Counted from the first letter of the stretch, positions 9,090 to 20,530 are shown. The stretch is 64,000 bases of DNA from an uncultured Methylomirabilota bacterium (GCA_963845565.1 CAWJSJ010000001.1:64001-128000); one strand, 5' to 3'. Notes: generated by a model not told the origin, from the letters alone. Numbers and translations are program-made.

Positions 9090-10742
9090 GTGATCGAATC
9101 ACGCAGTCGCGGTGACGTGTGGACTGGTGTAACCGGGATCGCCTTCGCGATCCTGGCGCTGCTCTTGATCCTGCCCCTGGGGCGCCTGCTATGGGCCAGC
9201 CTTCTGGATGACACCGGTGGCCTGACGCTGGCCCACTACCGGGAGTTTCTGGCGTATCCGTATTACTCGCGAACCATCGGCCACAGCTTCCTGGTGAGCA
9301 GCCTGGTCACCCTCGCCGCCCTGGTGGTGGCCGTGCCCGTGGCCTTCGTCCTGGCGCGGGTGCACATCCCGGGGAAGCCGTTCCTCACCACGCTGGCTAT
9401 CCTGCCCTTGGTCTCGCCGCCGTTCATCGGGGCATACTCTTGGATCCTACTCTTCGGGCGGGCCGGGTATGTCACGAGCCTCTTCCAGACGATTGGCATC
9501 AACATTCCCACCGTCTACGGCATGCACGGGATTGTCCTAGCGCTCAGCCTGAACCTGTACCCGTTCGTGCTCCTGATGGTGACCGGCGCGCTGCGCGCCC
9601 TGGACCAGTCGCTGGAGGAGGCGGCGCAGGGACTGGGGTCTAGCCCCTGGCGGGTGTTCTGGACGGTCACCGTTCCGGTCACGCTGCCCTCGATCCTGGG
9701 CGGGGCGCTCCTAGTCTTTCTGACGGCCTTCGCCGAGTTCGGCGCGCCCATGGTCATCGGCGAGGGATATCAGGTCCTCCCCACCATCGTGTACAGCCTG
9801 TTCGTGAACGAGATGGGCGGAAACCCCGCCATGGCCAGCACGGCCGCCACCCTACTGGTGCTCTGCACCACCGGCATCCTGCTGATCCAGTACTGGGCGG
9901 TGGGGCGGCGGCGCTACGCCATGAGCCAGCTACGGCCGATCCCGCCCGTTCGCCTCAGACCCGTCATGCAGTGGCTCTGTTCGAGTTATGTCTACCTCGT
10001 GGTCGGTCTGTCGCTGATCCCGGCGGTCGTGGTGATCGTGACCTCGTTCTTCGAGAGCCGGGGACCGGTGCTCTATCCGAACTTCAGCCTGGGGAACTAT
10101 CGGGAGGTCCTCTTCAGCGTCCCGCGCGCCATTGCCAACAGCTTCATGCTGTCCACAGTCTCCACGCTGCTGGACGTCCTCCTGGGGACCCTGATCGCCT
10201 ATCTGGTGGTCCGCCGGCGCTCTGCCACCACGGCGGTGCTGGACTCCTGCGTGATGGTGCCCTATGCGATCCCGGGGACCGTGATCGGCGTGGCGTTCAT
10301 CGTGGCCTTCAACAAGCCGCCCATCGTCCTCACCGGCACGTTCCTGATCCTGCTCGTCGCCTATTTCATCCGCCGGCTTCCGTACTCGGTGCGGGCGGGG
10401 TCCGCCATCCTCCACCAGATCGACCCGGCGGTGGAGGAGGCCTCGATCAGCCTGGGTGTCTCGCCGCTCAAGAGCTTCGTCAAGGTCACGGCCCGCCTGA
10501 TGATGCCCGGGATCGTCTCGGGCGGGATCCTGACCTGGGTGCAGACCATCACGGAGATCAGCGCCACCATCTTTCTCTATTTCGGCGCCTGGTCCACGAT
10601 CACCGTGGTCATCTATCGGCAGGTCAGCAGCAGCAACTTCGGCAGCGCCGCCGCGGCGTCCACCCTCCTGCTGGTGGCGGTCTTCATCCCCGTCCTGGTG
10701 GTGAACTGGGTGATGGGCGAGCGCGCCGTGACCGCGGTGTAA
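9090..10742 (+). CDS. ABC permease, FbpB/AfuB type
   Basis: SPPFIGAY; two EAA loops ([20 protein letters not shown]). Confidence 0.92.
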   Translation: MIESRSRGDVWTGVTGIAFAILALLLILPLGRLLWASLLDDTGGLTLAHYREFLAYPYYSRTIGHSFLVSSLVTLAALVVAVPVAFVLARVHIPGKPFLTTLAILPLVSPPFIGAYSWILLFGRAGYVTSLFQTIGINIPTVYGMHGIVLALSLNLYPFVLLMVTGALRALDQSLEEAAQGLGSSPWRVFWTVTVPVTLPSILGGALLVFLTAFAEFGAPMVIGEGYQVLPTIVYSLFVNEMGGNPAMASTAATLLVLCTTGILLIQYWAVGRRRYAMSQLRPIPPVRLRPVMQWLCSSYVYLVVGLSLIPAVVVIVTSFFESRGPVLYPNFSLGNYREVLFSVPRAIANSFMLSTVSTLLDVLLGTLIAYLVVRRRSATTAVLDSCVMVPYAIPGTVIGVAFIVAFNKPPIVLTGTFLILLVAYFIRRLPYSVRAGSAILHQIDPAVEEASISLGVSPLKSFVKVTARLMMPGIVSGGILTWVQTITEISATIFLYFGAWSTITVVIYRQVSSSNFGSAAAASTLLLVAVFIPVLVVNWVMGERAVTAV

Positions 10743-10783
10743 CGCCGGTTCAACTACTGCGGCCTGCGCGCCGCCGAGGGGCC

Positions 10784-11869
10784 ATGGGAGCGATCCTGCA
10801 GTTTGAGCGAGTTCACAAGCGGTACGCGGACGTGGCGGCGCTGGCCGGGGTGTCCCTCACGATCCAGGGCGGGGAGTTCTTCACGTTGCTCGGGCCCAGT
10901 GGGTGCGGGAAGACCACCTTGCTCCGGTGCGTGGCGGGATTCCTCCGGCCGGACGATGGCCGGATCCTCTGTGACGGGGACCGGCTGGACCGCCTGCCGG
11001 CGCACAAGCGTGACATCGGCATGGTGTTCCAGAACTACGCCATCTTCCCCCACCTCACCGTCTTCGAGAACGTGGCCTATGGGCTGCGCGCTCGGCGGGT
11101 CGATCCGGCCGAGATCCGGCGGCGGGCGCTGGAGACGCTCACGCTCGTGCAGATGGATGCGCTGGCAGATCGGCGGCCGGATCAGTTGTCGGGCGGGCAG
11201 CAGCAACGGGTCGCGCTGGCCCGCGCCATGGCGATTCGGCCGCGGCTCCTGCTGATGGACGAGCCGCTCTCCAATCTGGACGCGAAGCTCCGCGTGGAAA
11301 TGCGGACGGAGATCCGGCGGCTGCAGCGAGAACTGGGCATCACGACTGTCTACGTGACCCACGACCAGGAAGAGGCGCTCGCCATCTCCGAGCGGCTGGC
11401 GGTGATGAACGCCGGGCGCGTGGAGCAGGTGGGGTTTCCCTGGGACGTCTACCAGGCGCCGCAGAGCGCTTTTGTGGCCCAGTTCATCGGAACCAGCAAC
11501 ACCCTGGCGGGCACGCTGGGCCGCGGGGACGGTGAGTGGGCGAGCGTCCTGATCGGTGACTGGACGCTGCGCGCGCGCCGGGCGGATGGCGTGACGGGGT
11601 CGGTGCTGGCGGTATTCCGACCGGAGGCGCTCAGCCTCCTCGCCGACGGCCGGGAGGCGGCCGGCGCCACGATCGGCGATGCCGTGGTGGTGAGCCGGGA
11701 GTTTCTGGGGGCCGTCCTGCGCTACCGGCTGCGCCTCGACGGCGGCGCCCTGATTCACCTCGACGTGCACAAGCCGAACGCGGCGCACCTCACGCCGGAA
11801 GGCGCGCGGATCCGGTTCTCCGTGCGGCCGGAGGATGTGATGCTGTTCCCTGCGAAGGAGGGGTCATGA
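10784..11869 (+). CDS. ABC ATP-binding protein (PotA/FbpC type, TOBE domain)
   Basis: Walker [32 protein letters not shown]; start ATG 10784. Confidence 0.95.
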   Translation: MGAILQFERVHKRYADVAALAGVSLTIQGGEFFTLLGPSGCGKTTLLRCVAGFLRPDDGRILCDGDRLDRLPAHKRDIGMVFQNYAIFPHLTVFENVAYGLRARRVDPAEIRRRALETLTLVQMDALADRRPDQLSGGQQQRVALARAMAIRPRLLLMDEPLSNLDAKLRVEMRTEIRRLQRELGITTVYVTHDQEEALAISERLAVMNAGRVEQVGFPWDVYQAPQSAFVAQFIGTSNTLAGTLGRGDGEWASVLIGDWTLRARRADGVTGSVLAVFRPEALSLLADGREAAGATIGDAVVVSREFLGAVLRYRLRLDGGALIHLDVHKPNAAHLTPEGARIRFSVRPEDVMLFPAKEGS

Positions 11870-12723
11870 CCACAGAGCCATTTCGGATCAGCCGGTTGCC
11901 CCGCCACTTGCAGTCGCCGGTGAAGGAGGCGATCGCCGCGGCGCGGGAGGCCGGTCGGATCCTCGTGCGGCGCTTCCGCACGGGCGTGTCGGTGAAGATG
12001 AAGGGAGTGGCGGACATCGTCACCGCGACGGATGTCGAGGTGCAGGGCGTCGTGGTTCGCCGCCTGTGCCGCGCGTTCCCCGATCACGGCATCCTGGCCG
12101 AGGAGGGGCTGGACACCACGGCGGGCGCGGAGTGGCGCTGGATCTTGGACCCGCTGGACGGGACCAAGAACTTCGCCCGCGGCATCCCGAATTTCTGCGT
12201 GTCCATCGCCGCAGAGCGCCGGGGCCGGGTGGAGCTGGGCGTGGTGTACGATCCCATCCATGAGGAGTTGTTCGTGGGGGTGCGAAAGCATGGCGCCTGG
12301 TGCAACGGCAAGCCGATTCGGGTGTCAGGCGTGACGGACCTCCGGTCTGCGTTCGTGGCCACCGGGTGTCCGCACCGGGTGGGGCGGTACGTGCAGTCGG
12401 TGGCGCTGACCTTCGGGCGGTTCTGCGCGCGGAGCCTCGGGGTGCGGGACCGCGGGGCGGGGGCGCTGGATCTTTGCTACGTGGCGTGCGGGCGGTTCGA
12501 CGGCTACTGGGAGATCGATCAGTCGCCGTGGGACATTGCCGCCGGGGGCCTGATCGTGGAAGAGGCCGGTGGGCGGATGTCCGACTTCCGCGGCGGCTGC
12601 TTCGACATCTACGGCGGGGAGACGGTGGCCACCAACAGGCGAGTCCACGACCAGATCGTGCGGATCCTCCGGATGCCCGGAGGGATCCCCCCCCGGCATC
12701 GCCCGCCGGTGCGGCGCGGCTGA
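11866..12723 (+). CDS. suhB: Inositol monophosphatase family protein
   Basis: [42 protein letters not shown]. Confidence 0.88.
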   Translation: MTTEPFRISRLPRHLQSPVKEAIAAAREAGRILVRRFRTGVSVKMKGVADIVTATDVEVQGVVVRRLCRAFPDHGILAEEGLDTTAGAEWRWILDPLDGTKNFARGIPNFCVSIAAERRGRVELGVVYDPIHEELFVGVRKHGAWCNGKPIRVSGVTDLRSAFVATGCPHRVGRYVQSVALTFGRFCARSLGVRDRGAGALDLCYVACGRFDGYWEIDQSPWDIAAGGLIVEEAGGRMSDFRGGCFDIYGGETVATNRRVHDQIVRILRMPGGIPPRHRPPVRRG

Positions 12724-12757
12724 ACCGTATCGCGCCGTTTCCGAGGGGTATGAGGTC

Positions 12758-13693
12758 ATGATGACGCGATCAGCAGCAAGAGCGAGGGGTTCGAGTCCTC
12801 GACACGATGGGCGCCGACGTCGGCCGCTGCTGCCCGTCCTGCGCCCGTATCTCTATCTCTTGCCGACGTTTGTTTTCCTCTTCATCTTCACCCACTGGCC
12901 GATCTTGCGCACGTTCTACGTCAGCCTTTTCAAGTGGAACATGGCCACTCCCAAGATGGAGTTCGTCGGACTGGCCAACTATGCGCAGGCCTGGAACGCC
13001 CCGGTGTTCTGGGAAGTGTTGCGGAATAATCTCCTCTTCGCCGCCGGGACGGTGCCCCTCACGCTGGGTCTGGCGCTCGTGCTGGCGCTGCTCATCAACC
13101 AGAAGATCCGGCGCCTGGCCATTTATCGGGTGTTTCTGTTCTATCCGACGATGATCCCCATGGCGGCGGCGGCCATGATCTGGCTGTGGATTCTCACGCC
13201 GAACTATGGCCTCCTGAACTACTACGGGCGATGGTTCGGGCTGCCGGACATCCATTGGCTTGGCGACAACAAACTCGCCATCTGGGCGCTGGTCCTGGTT
13301 GGGGTCTGGAAGCGGGTCGGCTATTACATGGTGATCTACTTGGCGGGGCTCCAGGTGATCCCCGAACACCTCTACGAGGCGGCCCGCATCGAAGGGGCGG
13401 GACCCTGGCAACGTTTCTGGAAGGTCACATTTCCGCTGGTTTCCCCCACGACATTTTTCGTGGCGGTCATGGTCGTGATCGATTCGTTTCAGGCTATCGA
13501 TCAGGTGTACCTGATGACGGGAGGCGGACCCGGCAACTCCACGAATCTTTTCATTTTCTACATCTATCAGAACGCGTTCCGGTTCTTCGACTTCGGGTAC
13601 GCCTCGGCCATCTCGGCGATCCTGTTCCTGATCCTGCTGGGGCTGACGGTTCTCGCATTTCGCACGCTCCACCGGAAGGTGCATTATGCGTAG
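12758..13693 (+). CDS. Carbohydrate ABC permease (UgpA-like)
   Basis: FVGLANY, LYEAARIEGAG.W..F..VTFPL, MTGGGP. Confidence 0.9.
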   Translation: MMTRSAARARGSSPRHDGRRRRPLLPVLRPYLYLLPTFVFLFIFTHWPILRTFYVSLFKWNMATPKMEFVGLANYAQAWNAPVFWEVLRNNLLFAAGTVPLTLGLALVLALLINQKIRRLAIYRVFLFYPTMIPMAAAAMIWLWILTPNYGLLNYYGRWFGLPDIHWLGDNKLAIWALVLVGVWKRVGYYMVIYLAGLQVIPEHLYEAARIEGAGPWQRFWKVTFPLVSPTTFFVAVMVVIDSFQAIDQVYLMTGGGPGNSTNLFIFYIYQNAFRFFDFGYASAISAILFLILLGLTVLAFRTLHRKVHYA

Positions 13694-14516
13694 CCGAACT
13701 GCCTGGAGCCCAGCGGTCCACGTCGCCTTGGCCCTGGCGGCGCTGGTCATGATCGTGCCGCTGGTCTGGATCGTCCTCACGGCCTTCAAGGAGCGGAACG
13801 AGGTCTTTTCGCAGATCCCGCAATGGCTTCCGGCGCATCCGACGTTCACGAATTTCCTCGGCGTCCTCGACGCGATGCCCTTCTGGCAGTACTACTGGAA
13901 CACGATCGCGGTGTCGTTCGGTCTCTTGGCTATTCAGTTGGTGACCGTGACCCTGGCCGCCTACGCCTTCGCGCGGATGACGTTTCCGGGACGCGACCTG
14001 CTGTTCATCCTGCTCCTGGTGCAGCTCATGATCGCGCCCCAGAGCACCGTGGTCCAGAATTACATCACCGTGACGCGGTTGGGTCTCTTGGACACCAAAC
14101 TCGCAATCATGGCTCCGTATCTCGCGTCGGCCTACGGAACGTTCCTGTTGCGCCAGACATTCAAAGGGATTCCGAAAGAATTGGAAGAGGCGGCGGCCCT
14201 GGACGGCTGCGGCGGTATCCGTTTCCTGTTATACGTCGCTATTCCGCTGGCGTTGCCGGGCTACCTCGCATTCGGCCTGGTGAGCATCACCTATCACTGG
14301 AACGAGTTCTTCTGGCCGCTGGTAGTCACCGAGACGACCAAATCGCGCACGCTGACGCTCGGACTCGGCATTTTCGCACAAACGGCGGAGGGGTCGGCCG
14401 ACTGGACCATGCTGATGGCCATGACCCTGATGGTGATCGCCGTGCCGCTGGTCGTGTTCCTGGTGTTCCAGCGACGGTTCATCAACAGCTTCATGCAGTC
14501 GGGGCTCGGCGGATAG
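13686..14516 (+). CDS. Carbohydrate ABC permease (UgpE-like)
   Basis: AAYAFAR, FLLRQTF..IPKELEEAAALDG, WNEFFWPL. Confidence 0.92.
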   Translation: MRSRTAWSPAVHVALALAALVMIVPLVWIVLTAFKERNEVFSQIPQWLPAHPTFTNFLGVLDAMPFWQYYWNTIAVSFGLLAIQLVTVTLAAYAFARMTFPGRDLLFILLLVQLMIAPQSTVVQNYITVTRLGLLDTKLAIMAPYLASAYGTFLLRQTFKGIPKELEEAAALDGCGGIRFLLYVAIPLALPGYLAFGLVSITYHWNEFFWPLVVTETTKSRTLTLGLGIFAQTAEGSADWTMLMAMTLMVIAVPLVVFLVFQRRFINSFMQSGLGG

Positions 14517-14561
14517 GACGCGGGGGCGCCGGGGCGTCCCCCTCTCACAGGAGGGTGTGTC

Positions 14562-15824
14562 ATGAAACGGATGGCATGGGCGATCGTTGCAGTGCTGCTC
14601 TTGGCCGCGCCGGCGTGGGCGGGGACGACCATCAAGTTCTACTATCCCGTGCATCTCACCGGTCCGCTGGTCAAGGAGGTGGAGGCGGTGGTGGCCGAGT
14701 TCCACAAGGCGCAACCCGACATCAAGGTGGAGCCGGTCTGGGGTGGAAACTACGCCGAGAACATGCAGAAGACGGTGGCGGCCCTGCAGGCGGGCAGCCC
14801 GCCGGACGTCGCCGTCCACCTCGCGGTGGACCTCATCACCCTGCGCGACATGGACGCGGTCGTGCCGCTGGATGAGTTCGTGCAGAAAGCGGGGGGCGAC
14901 AAGTTTCTGGCGGACTTTTTCCCCGGCTTCGTCAGTGACCTGAAAGCGGACGGAAAAATCTGGGCCATCCCCTTCCAGCGAAGCACGCCGATTCTCTACT
15001 ACAACAAGGACCTCTTCAAGAAGGCGGGCCTGGATCCGAACAAGCCGCCTACGAACTGGGAGGAGTTGCTGGCGACCGCCCAGAAGGCAACCGTGCGGAA
15101 TCCGCAGGGCCAGGCGACGACCTGGGGCCTAACCATCCCGGATGACATCTGGCTGGTCATGTCGTTCATCATGCAGAACGGGGGCCGGACCTCGAGTCCG
15201 GATTTCAAGAAGGTCTACCTCGGCGAGAAGCCGGCCATCGAGGCGGTACAATTCTGGGCGGACATGGCCAACAAGCACAAGGTGATGCCGCGCCACCGCA
15301 CCTTCCCTCAGTCGGTTCAGGACTTCGCGGCCGGCAATACCGCGATGCTGATTCACTCCACCGGAAACCTGCGCTTCGTGCGCGATTCGGCCAAGTTCGA
15401 ATGGGGAGTCGCGTTTCTGCCCAAGCACAAGCAGCAGGCGGTGGCCATTGGCGGCGCCGGCTTCTACATCTTCAAGAAGGCGTCCAAGGAGAAGCAAGAA
15501 GCGGCGTGGCAATTTGCCAAGTTTGCCTGCTCGCCGGAGATCCAGGCGCGCTGGAACATCGGCTCGGGTTACATCGCCACGCGAAAGTCCGCCTTTGATC
15601 TTCCGGTCATGAAGGAGTACGCGGAAAAGTTGCCTCAGGTGCTGGTGGCGCGCGACCAGCTTCCCTACGCCTCGCCGGAGATGAGCACGCACGACAACTG
15701 GAAGATGCGGAATGTGTTCACGACCACCTTCCAGGAGATCCTGGACGAGAAATACACGCCCGAGGCGGGGATGAAGAAGGCCCAGGCCGAGATCGAGAAG
15801 ATCCTGGCGCCGTTCCAGAAATAA
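14562..15824 (+). CDS. Carbohydrate ABC substrate-binding protein (UgpB-like)
   Basis: Signal peptide; IPFQRSTPILYYNKDLF, HSTGNL; GGAGG RBS. Confidence 0.9.
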   Translation: MKRMAWAIVAVLLLAAPAWAGTTIKFYYPVHLTGPLVKEVEAVVAEFHKAQPDIKVEPVWGGNYAENMQKTVAALQAGSPPDVAVHLAVDLITLRDMDAVVPLDEFVQKAGGDKFLADFFPGFVSDLKADGKIWAIPFQRSTPILYYNKDLFKKAGLDPNKPPTNWEELLATAQKATVRNPQGQATTWGLTIPDDIWLVMSFIMQNGGRTSSPDFKKVYLGEKPAIEAVQFWADMANKHKVMPRHRTFPQSVQDFAAGNTAMLIHSTGNLRFVRDSAKFEWGVAFLPKHKQQAVAIGGAGFYIFKKASKEKQEAAWQFAKFACSPEIQARWNIGSGYIATRKSAFDLPVMKEYAEKLPQVLVARDQLPYASPEMSTHDNWKMRNVFTTTFQEILDEKYTPEAGMKKAQAEIEKILAPFQK

Positions 15825-15898
15825 GGGCTGCCGGCGTGCGAGACGTCGGGGGCAGGGAACAAAACGCGCAATGCGATTGCTTCCTGCCCCTATTTCGA

Positions 15899-15920
15899 CT
15901 GTATTATCTTTGTAACATCC
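15899..15920 (+). promoter_or_regulatory. Pho-box-like 11-bp direct repeat
   Basis: CTGTATTATCT-TTGTAACATCC resembles the PhoB box (CTGTCAT units at 11-bp period); lies upstream of phnD. Confidence 0.45.
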
Positions 15921-15972
15921 ATCTGACGGGCAGGGAGCCCGATTTTTTCCTTGGACCACGGAGGGAGGTACC

Positions 15973-16962
15973 ATGCGCAAGACAATGTTGCCTTGCATGC
16001 TGGTCGGCTTTGCGATCCTTGCGGCGCTGTCGGGCAACGGGGCCGTCGCGGCCGATGCGTGCTCCAATCGCGGAACGCTGGATACCATGTACTGCGACGA
16101 GAACAAGGACCTTGTCGCCGATCCGCCCAAGGACAAGTCCCAGTGGAAGGATCCGGGGACTCTCGTCTTCACCTACACCCCGGTGGAGGATCCTGCGGTC
16201 TATCGCAAGCTCTTCGAGCCGTTCCTCGAGCACCTGGGCAAGGTGACGGGGAAGAAGGTTGTCTACTACTCCGTCCATTCCAACGCCGCTCAGGTGGAGG
16301 CCATGCGTTCCGGGCGGCTGCACATGGCCGGCTTCTCCACGGGGCCGACTATGTACGCCGTAAACCTCGCCGGCGCCGTTCCCTTCGCCTGCCGGGGCTA
16401 CCAGGATAAGTTCGAGGCGTACAACCTCATCGTCATCGTCAAGAGCAGCAGCCCCTTCCAGAAGGTGGCGGACCTGAAGGGCAAGAAGGTGGCCCACACC
16501 GCGCCCAGCTCCAACTCCGGCAACCTGGCCCCGCGCGCCCTGCTGCCCGCCGAGGGACTGGTCCCCGATAAGGACTACAAGCCGCTCTTCTCCGGGAAGC
16601 ACGACCAGTCCATTTTGGGGGTCAATAGCGGAGATTACGACGCGGCCACGGTCGCCTCGGACGTCTTCGACCGGATGGTGAACCGCGGGACGGTGAAGGC
16701 GGCGGACTTCCGGGTCATCTACCGCAGCCAGCCCTTCCCCACCTCATCCTACGCCTACGCCCACGACCTGCATCCGGAGCTGGTGGCCAAGGTTCAAGAG
16801 GGGTTCCTCAAGTACCCGTTCCCCCCGGAGATGTCCAAGGCGTTGGAAGGCACGACGCGATTCTTCCCCATCACTTACAAGAAGGAGTGGGAGGTGATCC
16901 GGAAGGTGGCCGAGTCGGTGGGCGAGACATTCACCGTCGAGACCCTGAAGCAGCTCAAATAA
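15973..16962 (+). CDS. phnD: Phosphate/phosphite/phosphonate ABC substrate-binding protein
   Basis: [29 protein letters not shown]; followed by phnC/phnE/phnE. Confidence 0.88.
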   Translation: MRKTMLPCMLVGFAILAALSGNGAVAADACSNRGTLDTMYCDENKDLVADPPKDKSQWKDPGTLVFTYTPVEDPAVYRKLFEPFLEHLGKVTGKKVVYYSVHSNAAQVEAMRSGRLHMAGFSTGPTMYAVNLAGAVPFACRGYQDKFEAYNLIVIVKSSSPFQKVADLKGKKVAHTAPSSNSGNLAPRALLPAEGLVPDKDYKPLFSGKHDQSILGVNSGDYDAATVASDVFDRMVNRGTVKAADFRVIYRSQPFPTSSYAYAHDLHPELVAKVQEGFLKYPFPPEMSKALEGTTRFFPITYKKEWEVIRKVAESVGETFTVETLKQLK

Positions 16963-16976
16963 CCCCTGGAGCCGAT

Positions 16977-17737
16977 GTGACGCCAGGCGCGCTCGACATT
17001 CGGGATCTGACCAAGGCCTACACGCGGCACCAGCCCGTGTTGCGCGGCGTCACGGCGACGCTGGACTCGGAGGGGATCACAGCCGTCATCGGGCCCTCCG
17101 GGGCGGGCAAGAGTACCCTGCTCCGTTGTATCAACCGGCTGGTGGAGCCCAGCTCGGGCCGGATCCTGTTCAAGGGGACCGACCTGACCCGCCTCCACGG
17201 CCGGGCGCTGCGCGAGGCCCGCCGGCGCATCGGCATGGTGTTCCAGGAATTCAACCTGGTCGAGCGCCTGAGTGTGATCGAGAACCTGCTGAGCGGACGC
17301 CTGGGCTACCTGCCGCCCTGGCGGGCCTGGCTGCGGAAGTTCCCCGAGGCGGACCTCCGGCACGCCTTCGACCTGCTGGAGCGGCTGGGTCTGGAGGAGT
17401 TCGCGGCCAAGCGGGCGGACGCCCTCTCGGGCGGCCAGCGCCAGCGGGTGGGAATCGGCCGGGCTCTGATGCAGGAGCCGGAGCTGCTCCTGGCCGACGA
17501 GCCGACCTCGTCCCTGGATCCTAAGACGTCGGTCGAGATCATGGAGACCATGGCGGAACTGGCGCGGGAGCGGCACATCCCCGTGATCGTCAACATGCAC
17601 GACGTAGCCCTGGCCCGGCGCTTCGCCGACCGGATGATCGGCATGACCGACGGCCGGATCGTCTTCGACGGCCCACCCGACCGGCTCAGTACCGAGGTCT
17701 TGGCCACGATCTACGGGGGGAAGCATGGATGCGCTGA
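16977..17737 (+). CDS. phnC: Phosphonate ABC ATP-binding protein; 3' end probably frameshifted (as sequenced the frame runs on to 17966)
   Basis: [29 protein letters not shown]; one more G in the G6 run 17715-17720 gives the natural end YGGEAWMR*. Confidence 0.85.
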
Positions 17738-18555
17738 CCCGGCGAGCCCTGGGCGAGGTCCCCGTCCCGGCGGGGTGGGGCGACCGGCTGCGCTGGCTGG
17801 GGGAGCGATACGGGAGCCGGCTGGCGGCGGCCCTGGTCGTCGGCTACGCGCTTTACGCCGCCGCAGTGCTGGGCTTCACGCCGGCGCGCTTCTGGGCGGG
17901 GCTGGAGCACGGCCGGGTCTTCCTGGAGCGTCTGTTTCCGCCCGATTTCCCGACCCGGTGGAGTGACATCCAGCACGACATGTTGGAGAGTGTGGAGATC
18001 GCCATTCTGGCGTCGGTCCTGGGCATCGCCGCCTCCCTCCCTATGGGCCTGCTAGCGGCCCGGAACCTGATGCCGGCTTGGATCACCTGGCCGGTGCGGG
18101 GAGTCATCAGCATCTGTCGCTCGTTCCACCCGGTCATCGTCGGGATTGTCTTTGTCAAGGCGATCGGCTTCGGGCCGCTGGCGGGCGTCCTCACCCTGGC
18201 CGTGGCATCCGTCGGGTTCATCGGTAAGCTCTTCACTGAGGCGGTCGAGGAGATCTCGCTGAAGCAGGTCGAGGCCGTCCGGGCTACGGGGGCCGCCTTC
18301 CCCAACGTCCTGATCTTCGGCGTCTTGCCCCAGGTCTCGGCGCGTTTCGTGGGGTTCAGCACCTACCAACTCGACAGCAACTTGCGCAACTCGACGATCC
18401 TGGGGATCGTGGGTGCCGGCGGGATCGGCGGGACCCTCTTCGCCGCCTTCCAGCGCTTCGACTACAACATCGTGTGCGCCATCGTCATCGTCATCGTGGC
18501 CCTGATCATGGCCGGAGAGATCGTCTCCGAGCGCGTCCGGGCGCTCTTCCAGTGA
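17725..18555 (+). CDS. phnE: Phosphonate ABC permease
   Basis: [36 protein letters not shown]. Confidence 0.9.
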   Translation: MDALTRRALGEVPVPAGWGDRLRWLGERYGSRLAAALVVGYALYAAAVLGFTPARFWAGLEHGRVFLERLFPPDFPTRWSDIQHDMLESVEIAILASVLGIAASLPMGLLAARNLMPAWITWPVRGVISICRSFHPVIVGIVFVKAIGFGPLAGVLTLAVASVGFIGKLFTEAVEEISLKQVEAVRATGAAFPNVLIFGVLPQVSARFVGFSTYQLDSNLRNSTILGIVGAGGIGGTLFAAFQRFDYNIVCAIVIVIVALIMAGEIVSERVRALFQ

Positions 18556-19361
18556 GCCAGGTCGGCACCGGCATCGCGCGCGAGTGGCGTCGGTTCACGC
18601 CCCGGGAGCGGGCGGGGCGCAGCGCGGTCTATCTCGCTACCGTCCTGGTCGTTGTCGTCTCGGCCCGGAGCATCGAGATCATCCCGGAGTTCCTGCGCGA
18701 CACGCCGGACCAGGTCGCCGACCTCTTCGTGCGCATGTGGCCGGTGGACTGGGGATTCCTGGTTGCCGCTGCGGGCGGGGCCATGGTCGAGACGCTTCAC
18801 ATCGCGACCCTGGGCACCCTGGCGACGCTGGTGCTGGCTTTCCCGCTGGGGGTGCTAGCGGCACGGAACATCGTGGCGAACCCCGCGGTGCGATTTGGGG
18901 CCAAGCTCCTGCTGGTGGCTTCGCGGTCGGTGAACTCCCTGGTCTGGGCGCTGCTCTTCGTCGCCGTCTTCGGGCCGGGGGCCGTGGCGGGGACCGTGGC
19001 CATCACCTTTCGCTCCATCGGCTTCGTCGGGAAGCTCCTGGGCGAGGCCCTGGAGGAGGCCGCCCCGGGTCCCGTGGAAGCCATGGTGGCGGTGGGCGCC
19101 CCCTGGGCGAGCGTCTTCCTGAAGGGTTACTGGCCCCAGGTGAAGCCGGCCTTCTTCTCCATCGTGCTCTTGCGCTGGGACATCAACGTGCGGGAGTCGT
19201 CCGTGCTGGGCCTGGTGGGCGCGGGAGGCATTGGTCTGGTGCTGGACTCTGCCATCAATGTCTTCCAGTGGCGGGCGGTGGCGGGCGTGCTGCTGCTGAT
19301 CCTGGCGGTGGTCCTCCTGGGCGAGGTTGTGGTAACCTATCTCCGCAAACAGATCCTCTGA
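18552..19361 (+). CDS. phnE: Phosphonate ABC permease, second copy
   Basis: GTG start overlapping the upstream TGA; RWDINVRESSVLGLVGAGGIG. Confidence 0.9.
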   Translation: MSQVGTGIAREWRRFTPRERAGRSAVYLATVLVVVVSARSIEIIPEFLRDTPDQVADLFVRMWPVDWGFLVAAAGGAMVETLHIATLGTLATLVLAFPLGVLAARNIVANPAVRFGAKLLLVASRSVNSLVWALLFVAVFGPGAVAGTVAITFRSIGFVGKLLGEALEEAAPGPVEAMVAVGAPWASVFLKGYWPQVKPAFFSIVLLRWDINVRESSVLGLVGAGGIGLVLDSAINVFQWRAVAGVLLLILAVVLLGEVVVTYLRKQIL

Positions 19362-19378
19362 CGCAGCAAATGTGGCGA

Positions 19379-19446
19379 GGTTCGACGGGTCAGCGATTCG
19401 GTGGTTCGGGAACGGCCGAACCCTCGAACCGCCGAATCCGTGAACC
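19379..19446. repeat. Octamer-array inverted element, GGTTCGNN type
   Basis: ggttcgac/gggtcagc/gattcggt/ggttcggg, then gccgaacc/ctcgaacc/gccgaatc/cgtgaacc. Confidence 0.75.
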
Positions 19447-19471
19447 TCTCGACACGGAAAGGAGCGATGCC

Positions 19472-20485
19472 ATGAAGCGCTGGATGCTGTTCTTGCCGTT
19501 GATCGGGGCTCTGGTGCTGTCCGCGGGGGTGGCTGCGGCAGCCGACACGGTGAATGCGTACTCGATCTGGCCCGAGAACTGGGCGCGGCCCATGTTCCAG
19601 GAGTTCGAGAAGGCGACCGGGATCAAGGTGAACTTCGTGCGGTTCTCCTCGGGCGAGGCGCTGGCCCGGGTGATCGCCGAGAAGAACAACCCGCGGGTGG
19701 ACGTCCTCTTCGGCGGCCCGGTGGAGACGCACGCGGCCGGGATCAAGGAGGGCATCTTCGAGTCCTACAAGCCGGCCACGTTCGCGGCGCTGCCGGCCCG
19801 CATGAAGCACGCGGACGGGCAATGGGTGGCCATCGCCGACGATCCACTGGTCTTCATGAGCAACGCCAAGTTTCTGAAGGAAAACAACCTGAAGGCGCCG
19901 GCGTCGTGGGACGATCTCTTGAACCCGGCCTACAAGAACATGATCCAGATGGCGGACGCCCGCACGTCGGGGACGGCGGTGACCCGGATCTTCTCCATCC
20001 TGGAGGTGTTCGGCCGGGACGAGGAGAAAGCCTTTGCCTACATGAAGAAGCTTCGGCCGAACGTCCAGCTTTACACCAAGAGCGGCGGCGGCGGGACGCT
20101 GCCGGTGGGCCTGGGCCAAGCCGGCGCCGGGATCTTCTTCATCGTGGACGCGCTGGACACCAAGGCCAAGGGATACGATGTGGTGGTCAGCTTCCCGAAG
20201 GACGGGATCGGAACGGCCGCCGAGGCGATCGCGCTGTTGAAGGGAGCCAAGAACCCCGAAGCGGGGAAGAAGTTGATCGACTGGGCGAGTTCGCCGGCGA
20301 TGCAGTCGCTCTTCGCCACGTACAAGATCAACTTCGTTCCGGCGCATCCCGAGGTGAAAGTCGAGGCCAGCCTGGCGGAGGTCTTGAAGGGGGCCAAGAT
20401 CTTCCCGATCGACGACGCCTACGCCGGGGCCAACCGGAAGCGGATCGTGGAGCGCTGGATCAACGAGGTGCTGCCCGCGCAATAA
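19472..20485 (+). CDS. ABC substrate-binding protein, AfuA type
   Basis: ATG 19472 after AAGGAG; signal peptide; SSGEALAR, ADARTSGTA, LYTKSG. Confidence 0.9.
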   Translation: MKRWMLFLPLIGALVLSAGVAAAADTVNAYSIWPENWARPMFQEFEKATGIKVNFVRFSSGEALARVIAEKNNPRVDVLFGGPVETHAAGIKEGIFESYKPATFAALPARMKHADGQWVAIADDPLVFMSNAKFLKENNLKAPASWDDLLNPAYKNMIQMADARTSGTAVTRIFSILEVFGRDEEKAFAYMKKLRPNVQLYTKSGGGGTLPVGLGQAGAGIFFIVDALDTKAKGYDVVVSFPKDGIGTAAEAIALLKGAKNPEAGKKLIDWASSPAMQSLFATYKINFVPAHPEVKVEASLAEVLKGAKIFPIDDAYAGANRKRIVERWINEVLPAQ

Positions 20486-20530
20486 GCCGTTGTCAAAGAA
20501 TTGGTTGAGCGGAGACATTCCGAAACGGCA

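Noticed and set aside
9971..10783. N-terminal extensions of ORFs 9971, 18584, 36750 and 39377 that suggest fusions
   Set aside because: They overlap upstream genes out of frame; internal starts with RBS explain the real proteins.
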